A stretch of DNA of 64,000 nucleotides, taken from Nemertoderma westbladi (Eukaryota; Animalia; Xenacoelomorpha). Both the position numbers and the translations under genes were made by a program. How positions within the stretch are numbered: position 1 is the first letter of the stretch; each line of letters starts with the position of its first letter. The notes under the pieces were generated by a model that saw only the letters and a program-made list of their open reading frames with translations, had not been told where the DNA came from and ran no database searches. Below are positions 11,448-25,312 of this stretch, one piece after another. The stretch is taken from positions 17,905 to 81,904 of the forward strand of contig JAUCBJ010002695.1 in NCBI GenBank assembly GCA_032718475.1. The letters run 5' to 3'.

Positions 11448-12770
11448 ATGGCGGATTCCGATGCTTCTTCCGCTGAGGAACCTTGCTTGTCGGACCTCTC
11501 ACCCGCCGAGGTCGCGTCGTTGGATCGTTCAAAACTGATTCAGTATTGCGCTGATGCCAGTATCCCAACGACATCGAAAACATCTGATGCAACGCTTCGC
11601 AAGAAACTCAACACTCGGATCGCCGATACACCCGCCCGCTTCGAGGAAACCGATGCGGCTACCGGTGGCCAACCCAGCATGGCGCAACTCCTGGAACTCG
11701 TGGCGCAGCAACAGGAAAACGCGAACCGCCGTTTGGAAGAGCAGAAACGCGAACATCGGGAAGAACAAGCGGCTGCTAACCGCCGTTTAGCGGACATTCT
11801 CGCCCACCTCGGCCGTCCGCACTTCGCCGATAATCCCATAGGACAACCCGATCCCCCACAGGCGGCCCCCACGCATCGCCTCACCATAGATATCGGAAAT
11901 CTAGACCGCATTGATACTTAGGTCGAACTGCCCGCCTTCCGCCATTGGCGGGACAGTTGGGACAGCAATCTCCGCCGCCAGAGCACAGAAACATTCCCAC
12001 GCAGCGAACAAGTATACACACTCCTCACCGCCCTGGGATCAGGCCTACACGACGTTGTCCGCTACACCCTGGAACTGGATCCGGACAATGGCGAGGTGGA
12101 CTCGGCGACGATTCTCGATGGGTTGCAGCAACACCTCCGCGGTAAACGCAGCATCGCTCTCGACTGCATGCAATTCCACAGACGCCGCCAGGGTGCTACC
12201 GATCTTTCGATGACTTCTATCGGTCATTAAAACACCTCGCCGAACTCGCAGAACTGTGCACGGAGTGCAGGGACAACCAGATAGTCACTCAGATTCTCGT
12301 TGGGCTTTACTGTACCGAGATTCAACAAGAACTCCTGAAATTACTACCCCGACCCTCACTAGAAGAAACTCGCACTATCTGCCAGAACTGGGAGTCCAGC
12401 TCTAAAAACACCCAAGTACTAGGGAGTTCGCGCTCGGTTTCTAAAATCTCCCAATACAAACAACGCGGCGGCTGTTCTACAACGCGACAGGGTGCTCCGA
12501 CGCCCCCATCGACCGGTTCCCAGCATCCCTGGAGATCCTCCTCCACTGGGCCAGGGAACAAACGCGCCCACACTTGCGGAAACTGTGGGCAAGTAAAGCA
12601 CTCCGACAAATCTGCATGCCCTGCCCGCGAAGTTAACTGCAGCGGCTGCGCCAAAAAGGGGCACTTCCGAAAGGTGTGCCGATCTAGCGGATCCTCAAAG
12701 AAACCCTCTTCTACAAACACGGTGCTTTACCGCGACTCAATCAACCGCTTAGAATACTGCGCGGCGGTAT
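11448..12770 (+). pseudogene. gag of the Mag-like element, with stops and frameshifts
   Basis: Coiled coil, TAG at 11919, then the paired knuckles CGNCGQVKHSDKSAC-PAREVN-CSGCAKKGHFRKVC near 12575-12680. Confidence 0.85.
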
Positions 12771-12839
12771 GAAAACTGGATTACCTTGCTGTAACCCTCA
12801 CTAACTCCAATACCGGTATTCGACTCGGCACGATAAAAC

Positions 12840-15763
12840 GCCCGCTTCCGGACAGTGGCGCGGCAGCTACACTCCTCAACGAGAACTTGTTCCACCAACT
12901 TGGGGGAGTCGGGAGGGATCTGCTACCTTCCTCCAGCATGGATCTCGTCGCGGCCGACGGACCATCGATACAAACTCGCGGTCGCCTACCCGCCGTCATC
13001 TCCTCCGGCCAAAATTCCGCTACAACGGAAATCGTTATCTCTCCGGAGACGCAGGGACTGATCCTTAGCAAATCGGTTTGCATGGATCTGGGGATACTCC
13101 CGTCAAGTTTCCCCCAGCCCGCTGCGGTTCTCCCGATTTCTTCGGCTACGGTTCGCGAGACGAAGTCGGCAACACCCATAGGCGCAGACAGCGCGCCCTC
13201 AGCCAGGGACCTCCTCAACTCATTCGGGGACATTTTCGACGACGAAGCAACCCCCTTACCAACCATCCCTGGTACCGCGATGCATATCGTACTCAAGGAG
13301 GGTGCGACGCCTTACCATGTCAAAGGCGCTCGACCCATCGCCATCGCACTTCGCGATGAAGTAAAAACTCTTCTTGACGATCTAGAACGCCGCGATATTA
13401 TCGAGCGCGTGGAAGAACCCACCGACTGGGCCCACCCGCTTACCGTAACACGCAAGCCAAGCGGAAAACTGCGCCTCTGCGTGGACTTGCGCGGCCTGAA
13501 CTCCCAAGTAAAGAGGCCATACTACCCGACACCAAACCCCCATCTAAAAATCGCCGAAATCTTGCGGACTGCAAAGTACTTTTCAGTCTTCGACGCTGCC
13601 CATGGATACGGGCAGGTCCCCCTTGACCCTGAGTCCCAGCTGCTGACGACGTTCGTCACGCCATGGGGGCGGTATAAACACACCCGGAGTGTGATGGGCC
13701 TTATCTCTTCCGGAGATGAGTTTAACAGACGGGGCGACGCGGCGCTCGAGGGACTTCCTCGGATGATAAAGATCGTCGACGACGTCTTACTCTACGACGA
13801 CACACTAGAGGAACATCTGGTGTCCATCCACCGTTTCCTCGAACGCTGCAGGGAAAAAGGTATTTGCCTGCACCCCGGTAAAGTGAAGCTCGCCCAATCC
13901 CAGGTAAAATTCGGCGGCTACCTGGTCGGAACGGACGGCATCCACACCGACCCCGCAAAACTCCCCGCTATAGCATCCTTCCCTCGTCCAGAAACTCTAA
14001 CCGATCTCCGAAGTTTCATCGGGCTCGTAGAACAACTCGCTCCTTTCTCCTCAGAGATATCCGAGATGCTCCTACCACTACGCCCGCTCCTATCGGTGAA
14101 ATCGCCATACATCTGGACAACCGACCACAATCGCGCATTCGACGCCGCCAAGGCGGCCTTAACTACACCCCCGGTTCTGGCCCCATTCGACGTCTCCGCC
14201 GACACTAAGCTCGTAACTGACGCTTCTCGGCTCAATGGGCTCGGCTACGCCCTTCTCCAGCGCCACGGGACAGAGTGGCGCCTTATAGAATGCGGATCTC
14301 GGTTTATAACACCCACAGAGTCTCGATACGCCACTATTGAGTTGGAACTTCTAGCGGTAGTATGGGCCATCCAAAAATGCCGCAACTTCCTCCTCGGGCT
14401 CCCCACCTTCTCTCTGGTCAATGACCATCAACCGCTGGTCACCATCTTAGACCGCAAATCGTTCTCGGAAGTGGAAAACGCCCGTATACAACGACTAAAA
14501 TCCAAGCTGGCGCCATACCAGTTCACTACCTCCTGGTGCAAGTGTAAATCTCACGCCATTCCCGACGCCCTGTCCCGGTCACCCGTAGACCAGCCGACAC
14601 CCGATGACCTCGTAGACGACGGAGAGACAGCGTACTGTCTCCATTCCGTCACCATCGCCACGATTTCGGCCATCTCTGGGGACGACCACCTTGCGGACCC
14701 TATTCTACAGGACCTTGCCGCTGTTGCTCGCGCTGACCCCGCCTACATGTCTCTTCACACAGCAGTCCTCGCCGGTTTTCCCCCCAGTACCTGCAGCGAT
14801 CCCGCTGTCGGTGCATACTGGGCCCTGCGAGACTCCCTCTCCACCGACGGCGGCCTCATCCTCTATGGGGAGCGGCTCGTCATTCCCCTAGCGTCCCGCA
14901 CTAACACCTTGGAGCGGCTCCATACCCCTCACCAGGGTGTCGATAAGTCCCTCCGTCGGGCCCGGCAGTGTGTCTATTGGCCGGGGTTGACTAACGATGT
15001 ACGGACCTCCATCGCCAACTGTCCTTCGTGCCTACGCCACCGCGCTACGCTACCAAAGGAACCCTTCCTTGAAGAACCCCTACCAACCCGCATATTCGAG
15101 GAGATTTCGGCCGACTTCTTCCAGTTGAACGGCCGCCACCATCTCGCCCTCGTCGACAGGTATAGCGGGTGGCCAGACCTACACACCTTCTCAGGTCACC
15201 CATCCACCCTCCCAACCATCGCCGCCCTGCGACAATGGTTTACCCGCTATGGAATCCCAACCCGTCTACGGCCGGACGGCGGTACCCCCCTGACCGCCGG
15301 CGCTACAACCACCTTCCTCAACGAGTGGGGCGTCACCCCGGTTACTTCATCCGCGGAATACCCACAGGGTAATGTACACGCGGAAGCGGCCGTGAAGGCA
15401 CTCAAAGGACTTCTAGATAAAACAGGAGGCTGCCCTGACTCACCCGCATTCGCCGAGGATCTACTAGCCCTCCGGAATAGCCCTCGGGAGACCGGCCTTT
15501 CTCCCGCGCAGGTGGTGTACGGTCACCCCCTGCGGACCCGTATTCCCGCCCATCACAGTGCTTTCGCGGCGGGTCACCAGGCCACGCGTCGCCGGCTAGA
15601 CAAAATCGCAACCCTGCTCCATGCTGCCCAAATTGCCGACTACAACAAGTCGGCCCGCAATCTCCCACCCCTTGCTGTCCATGACCCCGTAGTCATCCAG
15701 GACCCCCACTCACATCGCTGGGACCCCAAGGGAACCGTGGTAGAGGTTGGACCCAATCGGTGA
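12840..15763 (+). CDS. pol (protease, RT, RNase H, integrase) of the Mag-like element
   Basis: PDSGA; [11 protein letters not shown]; VFDAAHGY; KIVDDVL; VTDAS; IELELLA; H…HQG…CPSC; ADFF…VDRYSG; RPDGG; NVHAEAAVK. Confidence 0.93.
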
Positions 15764-17101
15764 TACACAGTGCGAACCCCCTCCGGCCGTACTGTGACGA
15801 GAAACCGACGCTTGTCGACACCTCCAAACCACTCTCCAGTGCGGCTGAACCACCCACTTTGGGTCCGGACACCTCTACGTCCTCTAGTCCCATGGCCGCG
15901 GCGGACGTCGACCCCACCTGGTCACACAAAACTGTACATTGGGACCCCAAACTAAACCACAGCCCCCAAACTCGCCGATACCCCTCACGTCATCGTCAAC
16001 CACCTATGCGGTTATAAACTCCTACGGAGCTCGAAGGGGGGTGTAATGACATACATACGTATTATTATATGGCTCGCCCCATATTCATGCTGGACAGTAG
16101 TTCATGGTGATTGGATAGATATATATACGTTCCATTCTGTTGGGGCTTTTTATATAAAAGCAGGTGCAACGGCAGTAATACCATTGTGTACTGAAGTCAC
16201 TAGGCATATTATTATTATATATCGGTCTATTCTGTTCTATACATTTCTGTACGTTATATCTTATTATACAGTTATATCAAGAACTAAGAACATCACAGGT
16301 ATTGAAATAATATTAAATCAATGTACACTCGTAAAGCTGCAGCGAAAATATGTAGCTAATATCCTAGGTTACATATAAATTAATAATATTATTTTTAAGA
16401 ACATTAATTTTACTACTTTGCAAAAATTCAATTAAAAAATATCCAGACAAATATATTGCGGAATAAACTATTTCAGATTGTTAGCGGATTCAATTCCGCT
16501 AACCACCCCATAAAAGCCGGGAAACGGCGCCTTTAAGCAATATTGGGAAGCACGAGGTTGATTACCAATCAACCTCGTATCACCCCCAATAAACGGGGAC
16601 GACAAAGCCCAAAGGGCCGTATACAATAGGGGTCAGAGTTTAAGCCTCCGGGAAAGGGAAAGTGACAGTAGCAAAGGGGGAAACACTCCCACAGAGGTGG
16701 GAGCCGAGAATTAGGTTGTTGGCCAATGGGGGGCAAGCATCGACTGAGTAGTAAGGCCACAAAGTAGGTAATCAATATATATTACGGGTTGGTGTCATAT
16801 CACAGTTAGTTTACTCAGTCAGTTAGGGCAGTACGGTAACAGCGTAACTGCCGTCACCAACTATTCTATATCACCGTTTGTCTGCCATTTATTCAATATC
16901 TATCAACTGTGTTATCTGTTCTTTAATCATATACTATATTTTATATTCACCAATAATATCGGAACGACAATAAACCCATTTTCACTCACACGGCGGGGAC
17001 GCGTAAATAAACTAAAACCGGTCGGATCCTGTGATCCCGTCACAGTAATAAAATTACCAACTACCCAAAACTGTGACTGCCAGCCACCAGAGGAAGTTAA
17101 A

Positions 17102-20100
17102 GATGAGTCTAGAGGGAGAAAGAACACCGCCGCGGACCCCGGACGATGCAAACAAAACGATCCGCGAGGCCGCGACGTGACGGTATCGACCCAGGACGCC
17201 GGACTCGTCAACCCCGAACGATCCGGTAGCCCAAGCGGAGGGCGGCCGTCTACCACAAGGAGGGACGATCAAGTCAAGGGAAAGGAGAGACGAGTCGACG
17301 CACGACGGCGGTAGATGTACCGATGTCGCTGGCCAGCCACAGGCCGAGGGCGACGGACGGCCCACCGGAACGGCAATGGTGGGGCCGCCGGTACGACGCC
17401 GAACACGGAGATAAAGAGGGGATGTCGGCAACGGGGACGTCGGAGTCAGCGACCGGCTCCGACGAGCCTACAACGCAACCAGAAAGCAGCTGAGGGAAGC
17501 CAAAGAAGGGGCGAAGATGGACCAGGTGAAGTTAGAGAAGCGGCTAGGTGAGTCGAATAAACATTTTGATTATCTAGTGCGCTTTGGGCAGGGAGAACTA
17601 GCCAATGAGAGAGCGAGAGGGGTCACCACCGAACTGTTCGAACTGTGGGAATGTAGGGGTATGGAGCCTGGTGTAGTGTACATAGGGCCATACTTAGTCG
17701 ATACCCGGGGAATTAAGTTAGTGTGGTGGAGGGGACCGCAGGAGGGCGAATCCGAGATTAACCCCGAGGATTCGGCCTCGTCGGTCGGCGAGGATTCCAG
17801 AAAGCGGGGGAAAGTTAGTAGGACAGGAAGGCGGCGGGAGTCCGTCGCGACCGACAAGTCTGCTACATCCTCCGCAAAAGTAAGACGGGTGCTAGAAATA
17901 GATCTGGCGTGTCAGCTCGATCTGGTAGCGCTGGACCAGAGAGAATTAGAGAGGCAGTTGGAAGAAGGTAGTGCGTTACTAGAGAAAGAGAGAGAGCTGG
18001 CCAGAGAGAATAAAGAGAGGGCCGAGAGGGTCGCGAGAAAATTTAGGGAGTGTGAAGAAATAGGAATGAGGGAAAGGAAGGAACAAGAAGAGCGAGAGGC
18101 GGCAGAGGCGAGCGAACGTAAACAGCGTGAGGCGGCAGAGGCGAGCGAACGTAAAGAGCGTGAGGCGGCGAGAGAGGCGAGAGGGGCGAGAGCGGAGAGT
18201 GAACGTAAAGAGCGTGAGGCGAGAGAGGAGAATGAACGTAAAGAGCATGAGGCGAGAGAGGAGAATGAACGTAAAGAGCGTGGGGCGAGAGAGGAGAATG
18301 AACGTAAAGAGCGTCGACTAGAACTGGCGCAGATGGGGCTGTCAGAGAGCGAGGCTGGCTCGGGTAGTGTTTACGAGGAGCCAGAAGTTATGGAAACATT
18401 TATTAATACCCCACTTACAGGGACCGGACGACAGACCCAAGACTGGTGTGACCGTACAGGCGTGGGGGGGGGGGGGTAATAATAATACTGTAGAAAACGT
18501 TAATATTAATAGTACCGTAGTGGATAACCCTAATCAAACTTTCGTTGCAGGAAATAATATTTTGCCCGATACTAGTAATTTAAATCCGAACGATTATAAT
18601 TTAAACGTACATAGTAATCCTAGTAATTTAAATAATAATTTAAATCCGAATATACAAAATAATTCAAATAAAATAATTACGCAAAATAATTTAAATAATA
18701 ATCTTAATTCGAACGAACAAAATAATCCCGTTTCTAATTTAGGTGTGCAAAATAGTTTAATTGATTTAGAAGATAATATATAATAATGGTGCTATTAATA
18801 TAAACGTGGCGGACGCGGATGGCCCGGCAAATGAGAGCCTGGTAGGCCACACAGTTAGTAGGCAGGGAGCAACGGGGGTGAGAAACCCCAATGAGAGCCT
18901 GGTAGGCCACGTAATCAGTAGGCAGAAGGTGGCGGGGGTGAGAGAGCGCGACGGGGGCCTGATAGGCCACATAGTTAGTATGCAGGGAGTGGCGGGGTTG
19001 AGTCAACCTGAGGGGGGCATGGTAGGCCACACAGTAGTAGAGGGAGAGGCGGGGGTGAATAGACCCAGCCGCAGTGGAGTTAGTGCGTCGACTAGAGAGG
19101 GGTGTAGAGACGAAGTGAGAGGTAGCGAAGAGATAGGTGGCGAGTGGGGGGGGGGGGCTGCAGGAGCCCCACGACGATAGATTAGCGGCGAGAGGGGGGG
19201 GGGGGGGGCAGAGAGTGTCCCACAGGTGTCGGCGGATGATGCGTGGGGCGAATTACGTGAACCGCAGCACCCGGCGATGGAGAATAGTAGGGGGATTATG
19301 AGTATCCCCAGTGGCATGCGACCGAGTAGAGAGAGAGAGGTAAACGTCACGAGAGGGCGAGCGACGAGACGTCGAGCCCAATCAGAAGAGGGAAGAAGAA
19401 CAGAGGAGTTTAACTGGGAGGTCGACGAGAGATCTCACGAGCGGGGATACCTTCACTGCGGATAGAAGAAGGGAAGAGAGTAGAAGAAGTGTCGTCGCGA
19501 ACGACAGGAGAGCGAGGATGGATAGCGAGCCGTCGGTAGTAGAGATGGAGACGGAGAGTCAGTGGGGTCGAACTCCGGGAGATTGCCATCGTCCCGGGGA
19601 GACGCGACCTGACGAAGCGTACTACGCGCCGAGAGAGGGGTACAGGGTGTACCAGTACGAGGACGAGAGCAGTAGAGGGGATCGAAGAGAAACTTCCCGA
19701 CGGGATATACCTGCCGATCGAGAATACGGTAGCCGCGGGGAGGATTATTTGAGAAGGTTAAACTTCGATCCCGAGCGACACATACAGACTGCAGGAAATA
19801 CTGTAGGCCTTACTGCACATACTATAGGCCATGCTGGAAGAGATAATGTAGGCGATAGGGTAGCGTGGACGACGGGATTAAACCCGGAAGTCGCGGAGTA
19901 TATACCGGTAGGTAGGCTAGAAGTGGATAGGCCTATACCGGTACCAGCACAGCAGTATGACTACAGCATGCAAGGGCATAACATATGTCCAGGGGAGGGG
20001 AGATCGGATAGGTGCATGGGCCCCAATATATTAACATCAACCCCAGTATCAACAGGGTGACATTCCCCCATCGCAATATCAACAATATACTCCAATAGGA

Positions 20101-21340
20101 ACAAGAACATCGAACCACCCCCTGGACGAGAACATGTCATGCGACACCGAAATATGGAGGGGGCCGCTACCCCCTATGACATATCCATCCCAGAGAAAGG
20201 CAGCAGATAGGACGAACGGACCGCACCCAACAGGGGAATCTGTACAGCATCCATCGAACCCATTGGAAGCACAAGCAATGGGAATGGCTACATTAATCGA
20301 TGCATTAAAGACCAGGATCGAGTTACTGCCCGTGGAGCCGTTTAAATTCGATGGAAGTAGGCCGGAAGAATACCTGCAGTTTCGGCGCATGTATAGCAAT
20401 GAGATATTGACGAAGAACTTGACGCAGGCGGAGTGCCTAAAATATTTACAGGTGTATACAGGAGGCCTAGCATACGACATTGTGAGGCAGTACCAGGGCA
20501 TCGAGGGTGGCTTCACGACAGCATGGCAGGCGCTAGACAGGGAGTACGGGCACCCGGCCAAGATCATCCGGCAAACCCTGAGAGGTATAACATCGGGTGG
20601 CCTACAGGATAACCCCGTTAGCATAAAGACATTTGCGAACAAAGTCGAGAAGGCGCTAATCGTGTTAAAGACGCTAGACGCGCCATACGAACTCAACGCG
20701 TCTAATAACATCACCATTATAGCGCAGGCACTTCCGATTTGGCTGCGCAATAAATAGAGGAAAATCGCTTTCTCCACTCGAGAGAGGAAGGGTGCTGAAC
20801 CGGGCCTAGAAGAAATGTCGAGCTTCCTTAACTACGAAGCCGAACTCATAACAGACCCAGTCTATAGCGAGGATAGCCTGGGAAAGGGACCAAAGACCGA
20901 ATACAATAGGCCGAAACCAGAACATAACACGGCGAACGCATTGCCAAAGCTCAGGCAATCGCTGCCATATGCGGCGACGCAGGGGACTGCTAGTCCACAT
21001 GTAGCTGGGGGTAGGCTGCACCATGGAGCGGACAGGGGAAAAATAACAACACAAACAAACACAACACTAACACGCCCGGTAGGCTGAACCCAAGTAATAA
21101 AAACAGTAGGGACTTAGGTACAAATGCAAGTGCGATATGCAGCGCACTATACAAGGATGGCTACAACCCAAACAATAAATGCCAATTGCACACGAACGCA
21201 CTTCATCAGACAATGAACTGCAGATATTGGCAAGCACTACCCAGAGAAGATCAGACAGAATACGCAAGGAGGAACGAAGTTTGTTCTCGATGTGTGACGG
21301 GTGGACATAGAGCCAACCAATGCAAAGAAACGCCAATCAA
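17102..21340 (+). pseudogene. BEL/Pao gag with a very long low-complexity N-terminal extension
   Basis: E/R coiled-coil repeats, an Asn-rich tract and 60-bp repeats, then the Pao gag core (KFDGSRPEEYLQF…LKYLQVYTGG…AWQALDREYG) and the knuckle CSRCVTGGHRANQC. Several stops and frameshifts. Confidence 0.8.
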
Positions 21341-23055
21341 GTTCGGTCAAGGCAAAGGACAGACGATGGCAACAAGCACCGTAGGGGCCAAGAAGAGAGG
21401 AACGGTACTACTCGGGGTAATACCAGTGTGGGTGATTGGGGAAGGCAATCGATCAGTACCCACACTGATGCTGGTCGACAGTGGAGCAGCCTTCACGTTG
21501 GTTGAGAATTGGGTGGCCGAAGAGATAGGATTGAGGACGAGGCCAAGTAGAATGGCGGTAACAACCATCTCCAGTAAAGATGTGGTCCTGGAGATGAGGA
21601 CTGGACGGTGCGGGATAGCAGCGATAGCACTGGGATACGACTATGGGGCGACCATCGACCCCATCCAGGTGATAGAGTCGATAAATATCAATGCCAGGCG
21701 ACCAACCAACATCGAGGTAGAACAATACAAATTCCTGGACAGTATCGACTTCTCAATACCAGACGTGGACGTTAGGAAAGTATCCATTATTGTAGGAATG
21801 GACTGCCCGACGGCCCACGAGAGAATGCAGACGGTCTTCGGCGAAGACAGGCAGTGTGACCCGGTGGCGATTTAAACACCATTCGGGTGGACGCTGAGCG
21901 GCCCAATCAGAAGCAAAATACCGTTTAGGATGTTGGAGACATCAGGGTGCACGTTCGCGGGAACTATGCGGGAGATGGAAGATGGAGGAGCGGAAGAGCA
22001 GCTCAGAAGACTGCTTAGGCAGGATTTTGAGGGATTGAAAGAGACCGGGGTCGGAACCTCGGTAGAAGATAAGCAGGCTTTACAAAGCGTAAAGGAGTCG
22101 ATGAGGTGCGACGAGTGGCGGTATACCATAGGGATGGTATGGAAACTACCAAATCTACCGCTACCCGACAACAAAGGAATGGTACTCACGAGGCTTCGTA
22201 AGTTGAAGCAAACGCTAAGACGGAGCCCCGAAAAGAATGAGTACATTCATAAGACGATTAGGAAGTATGTCGAGAAGGGATGGGCCGTAGAGTTACCGGT
22301 CGATGACCCGAACACGGACAGGACCTATTACCTGCCACTCCACGTGGCTCTAGATCCGAAGAAAGGTAAACTGCGGATGGTAGTTGACGCATCGGCCAAG
22401 ACCGACGTCAAATGCCTAAACGATTATCTGCTGGAGGGTCCCAATATCTATAACTCAGGGATCGAGGTCCTACTTAGATTCATGAACGGGAAGCACGCCT
22501 TCACCTGCGACATCGAAGGCATGTTCAACCAAGTCCGTGTAATGGAAGAGGATAGCGACAGTCAGCGACGAGGAACCGTCGACAATACCAATGTACAAGA
22601 TGGTGGTGCAGAACATGGGGGCCAAGTTGTCCTCATTCACGACGACTGTGGCCGTGAGAAATACGGTACAGGGTAAAGAAGAGAGATACAGCGCCAAAGC
22701 CGTCGATATGATTCGACGCGGCTTCTATGTAGATGACGGGATTGAGTCTGGAAACACGGTTAAAGAACTACTGGATACAGGGCGCGAGGTTCGCGACATC
22801 CTGAAAGGATCTGGGTTTAACCTGACCAAGTTCCAGTCCAGCTCGGAAGAGTTTATGAGAGCCATAGAGGACAGGAGGCCAGAGTCGACCATGGATAATC
22901 CCATGACAGCCAAGGGACAGAACATGGCGAACAAAAGTCCCAGCAGAAGGCATTAGGGATCGTGTGGAACCGAGAGACAGACAAGTTGAAGTACCAGTTG
23001 AGCCAGGAGGGCGCGGACATCCACACAAAGAGGGGCTATGTATCATACATAGCGT
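21340..23055 (+). pseudogene. BEL/Pao protease and reverse transcriptase
   Basis: LVDSGA; TPFGW; YYLPLH…KLRMVVDAS…LNDYLLEGP; CDIEGMFNQV; FYVDD; GFNLTKF; LGIVWN. Confidence 0.92.
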
Positions 23056-23078
23056 GGGCATGCATGGGCAAGCGTGGG

Positions 23079-23634
23079 CATACATGGGCAGCCTTGAATA
23101 GGCTTTCCAGGATTTGGAAGTCACCGAGAATTGATCTGAAACTTAAGGTCCGATTATTTAGAGCAGCAGTAGTTCCAGTACTCCTCTACGGGTGTCCATG
23201 CTGGGCTCTAACTGCTGAGGACACCAAATCTCTGGATGGCACATTCACTAGAATGCTACGCCGGGTTCATTGTGTCAAGTACAATGCACACATCTCCAAC
23301 CAGACACTATATAACATTGGAGGTGTCTCATTGGTTCCCCCAAGCTTGACACTAGAAGAAAATCGCCTCCGCTTTGCAGGACATTGCTTTCGCCGTGAGG
23401 ACCAGCCAGTGCATAATCATGTACTTTGGCAGCCTCATGGAGTGAATAAGCATGGTAGACAGCCCATGACTTTCTTGAGATGCATCTTAAAGCACACTGG
23501 CCTTGAAGATGCGGATGATCTAGCAAATTTCATTGGTGATAGGGAGTTGTGGCGGCGCAATTTTGTCAACAAGCCGGCCCAGCATTCTTAATAATGCAGC
23601 TGCAATGCAGCATGTCGATCCTAGTAGTAATAGT
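23079..23634 (+). mobile_element. RTE-type LINE 3' portion nested in BEL pol
   Basis: PVLLYGCPCWALT…LDGTFTRMLR…RLRFAGHCFR…DRELW; TAG tail. Confidence 0.9.
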
Positions 23635-24125
23635 TTGTACAGAACGGGCAGTAAAATCTTGGGTCTTTGTTTTGTACAGAACGGGCAGTAAAGTCTTGGG
23701 TCTTTGTTTGTACATAACAGGCAGTAAAGTCTTGGGGCTTTGTTTTGTACAGAACGGGCAGTAAAGTCTTGGGTCTTTGTTTTGTACAGAACGGGTAGTA
23801 AAGTCTTGGGTCTTTGTTTTGTACAGAACGGACAGTAAAGTCTTGGGTCTTTGTTTTGTACAGAACCGACATTAAAATCTTGGGTCTTTGTTTTGTACAG
23901 AACGGGCAGTAAAGTCTTGGGTCTTTGTTTTGTCAGAACGGGCAGTGAAGTTTTTGGTCGTTGTTTTGTACATAACGGACATTAAAGTCTTGATCTTTGT
24001 TTTGTACAGAACGGGTAGTAAAGTCTTTGGTCTTTGTTTTGTACATAACGGACAGTAAAGTCTTGGTCTTTGTTTTGTACAGAACGGGCAGTAAAGTATT
24101 GGGTCTTTGTTTTGTAATCACCCTG
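23634..24125. repeat. 37-bp minisatellite (~13 units) ending in a Tc1/mariner-like terminus
   Basis: Unit TTGTACAGAACGGGCAGTAAAGTCTTGGGTCTTTGTT. The end reads TA|CAGGGTGATT on the minus strand. Confidence 0.9.
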
Positions 24126-24175
24126 TAGGCGCTTTTGATTCATGCCTTTGACTCACTATTAACTATCATTTCACC

Positions 24176-25312
24176 GACAGGACAATTGCCCCCCGGACAA
24201 TCCCCCCCCCCCCCGGTCTATTTCCCCCTGGGCAATTGCCATCGGACAATTGCCCCCCAGATAATTGCCCCCAGGACAATGACCCCCTCGAACTATTGCC
24301 CCCAGGTAAGGTTTTTTCGGCCATTAGTCAAGGGATTACTACAAAGTCTGATAACTTGTTTCCAGTGCGGTCCCCCCTAGAACTATACTCCCAAGAGAAA
24401 TGTAAATTTAATGCAACCACTACTCCAAGGTGGGAGGGAACCTCACATTTAGTAAATATTATTTTTTAAATATAGGTCTGACAAACATACCTTTTACGCG
24501 AATTTGCTCCAACTTATTTCAAATTAAATATTAAATATTAATACAATTATTATTCACTACTTTCTTAAGGTAGCAATTTGTAAAATTTAACAAACACACC
24601 TGAGATTTTGTAGATATTATATTTTTGATAGTAAGATACATATAAATATATATTTTGTAATACTTATATTAATTTATTTAAATAGATTTTATTTTCATAT
24701 TCTTGCAGATGCCTTTTTCAAAATAATTATATGCCTATTTTTTATAGCATTTTTAGGTTTATTAACATTTACTATGTTTAAAAAAATAAGTTTTTGTTAA
24801 TTTCATGAATAGCATATTTGACTAACCAACAACACAGTTTGAATTCCTTGTGAGTCGAAAAAATTCGGCAAAAGCATCCACAATATCCACATATTCATAC
24901 TGTTTCAATTTCCCTCCCATTTTCTAACATATTTTATATCATTGAAAATAATATGAATTAGGTTCTGTTTTAATTGAAATAATCAAATTGTAACAAAAAT
25001 GTCTTATTATTGATTATGAGTACGAGTGTTCTATCCTATATAGCATCGAATACATCGTTTTTATTAGAATTGCCATACCATTTCTTAATAAAGAAGAGAA
25101 TACCAATGCAGTAATTCAAAATATGAAAACTACAGTATAATAATTAAATGTATTTTTTTGGTTAATTGTAAATTTTCTAGCTCATGGTGCAGGGGGTATT
25201 TTTCATTTTTTCACACTTAAAGTAATTTTTATGTTGATTTCGGATGGAAAAGCAACTTTTTAATTGGTAGACAAATAAAAATTCAACAAAAACTAAAAAT
25301 CGGCCCACCCTA
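24176..25312. mobile_element. DNA-transposon debris: GGACAATTGCCCCC subterminal-type repeats (24180-24305), AT-rich filler and a …CGGCCCACCCTA end
   Basis: About 7 short direct repeats. Non-coding AT-rich DNA replaces part of the BEL RNase H region. Confidence 0.5.

Larger units (their letters stand above)
11138..16297 (+). mobile_element. Ty3/gypsy LTR retrotransposon, Mag-like, full length but decayed
   Basis: LTRs at 11138-11394 and 16042-16297 (TG…CA, about 5 substitutions and 1 indel). TSD GGTAT. PBS TGGCGCTGCGAG (tRNA-Ser-like) and PPT GAAGGGGGG. Empty site at 35423. Confidence 0.96.

Noticed and set aside
11281-16378. Short ORFs in the LTRs and antisense ORFs over gag and pol
   Set aside because: They are shadow frames of GC-rich TE coding sequence or LTR repeats, with no recognisable domains.
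22962-23591. The 209-aa ORF as a functional BEL-RTE fusion protein
   Set aside because: It is a chance in-frame junction of two broken elements.
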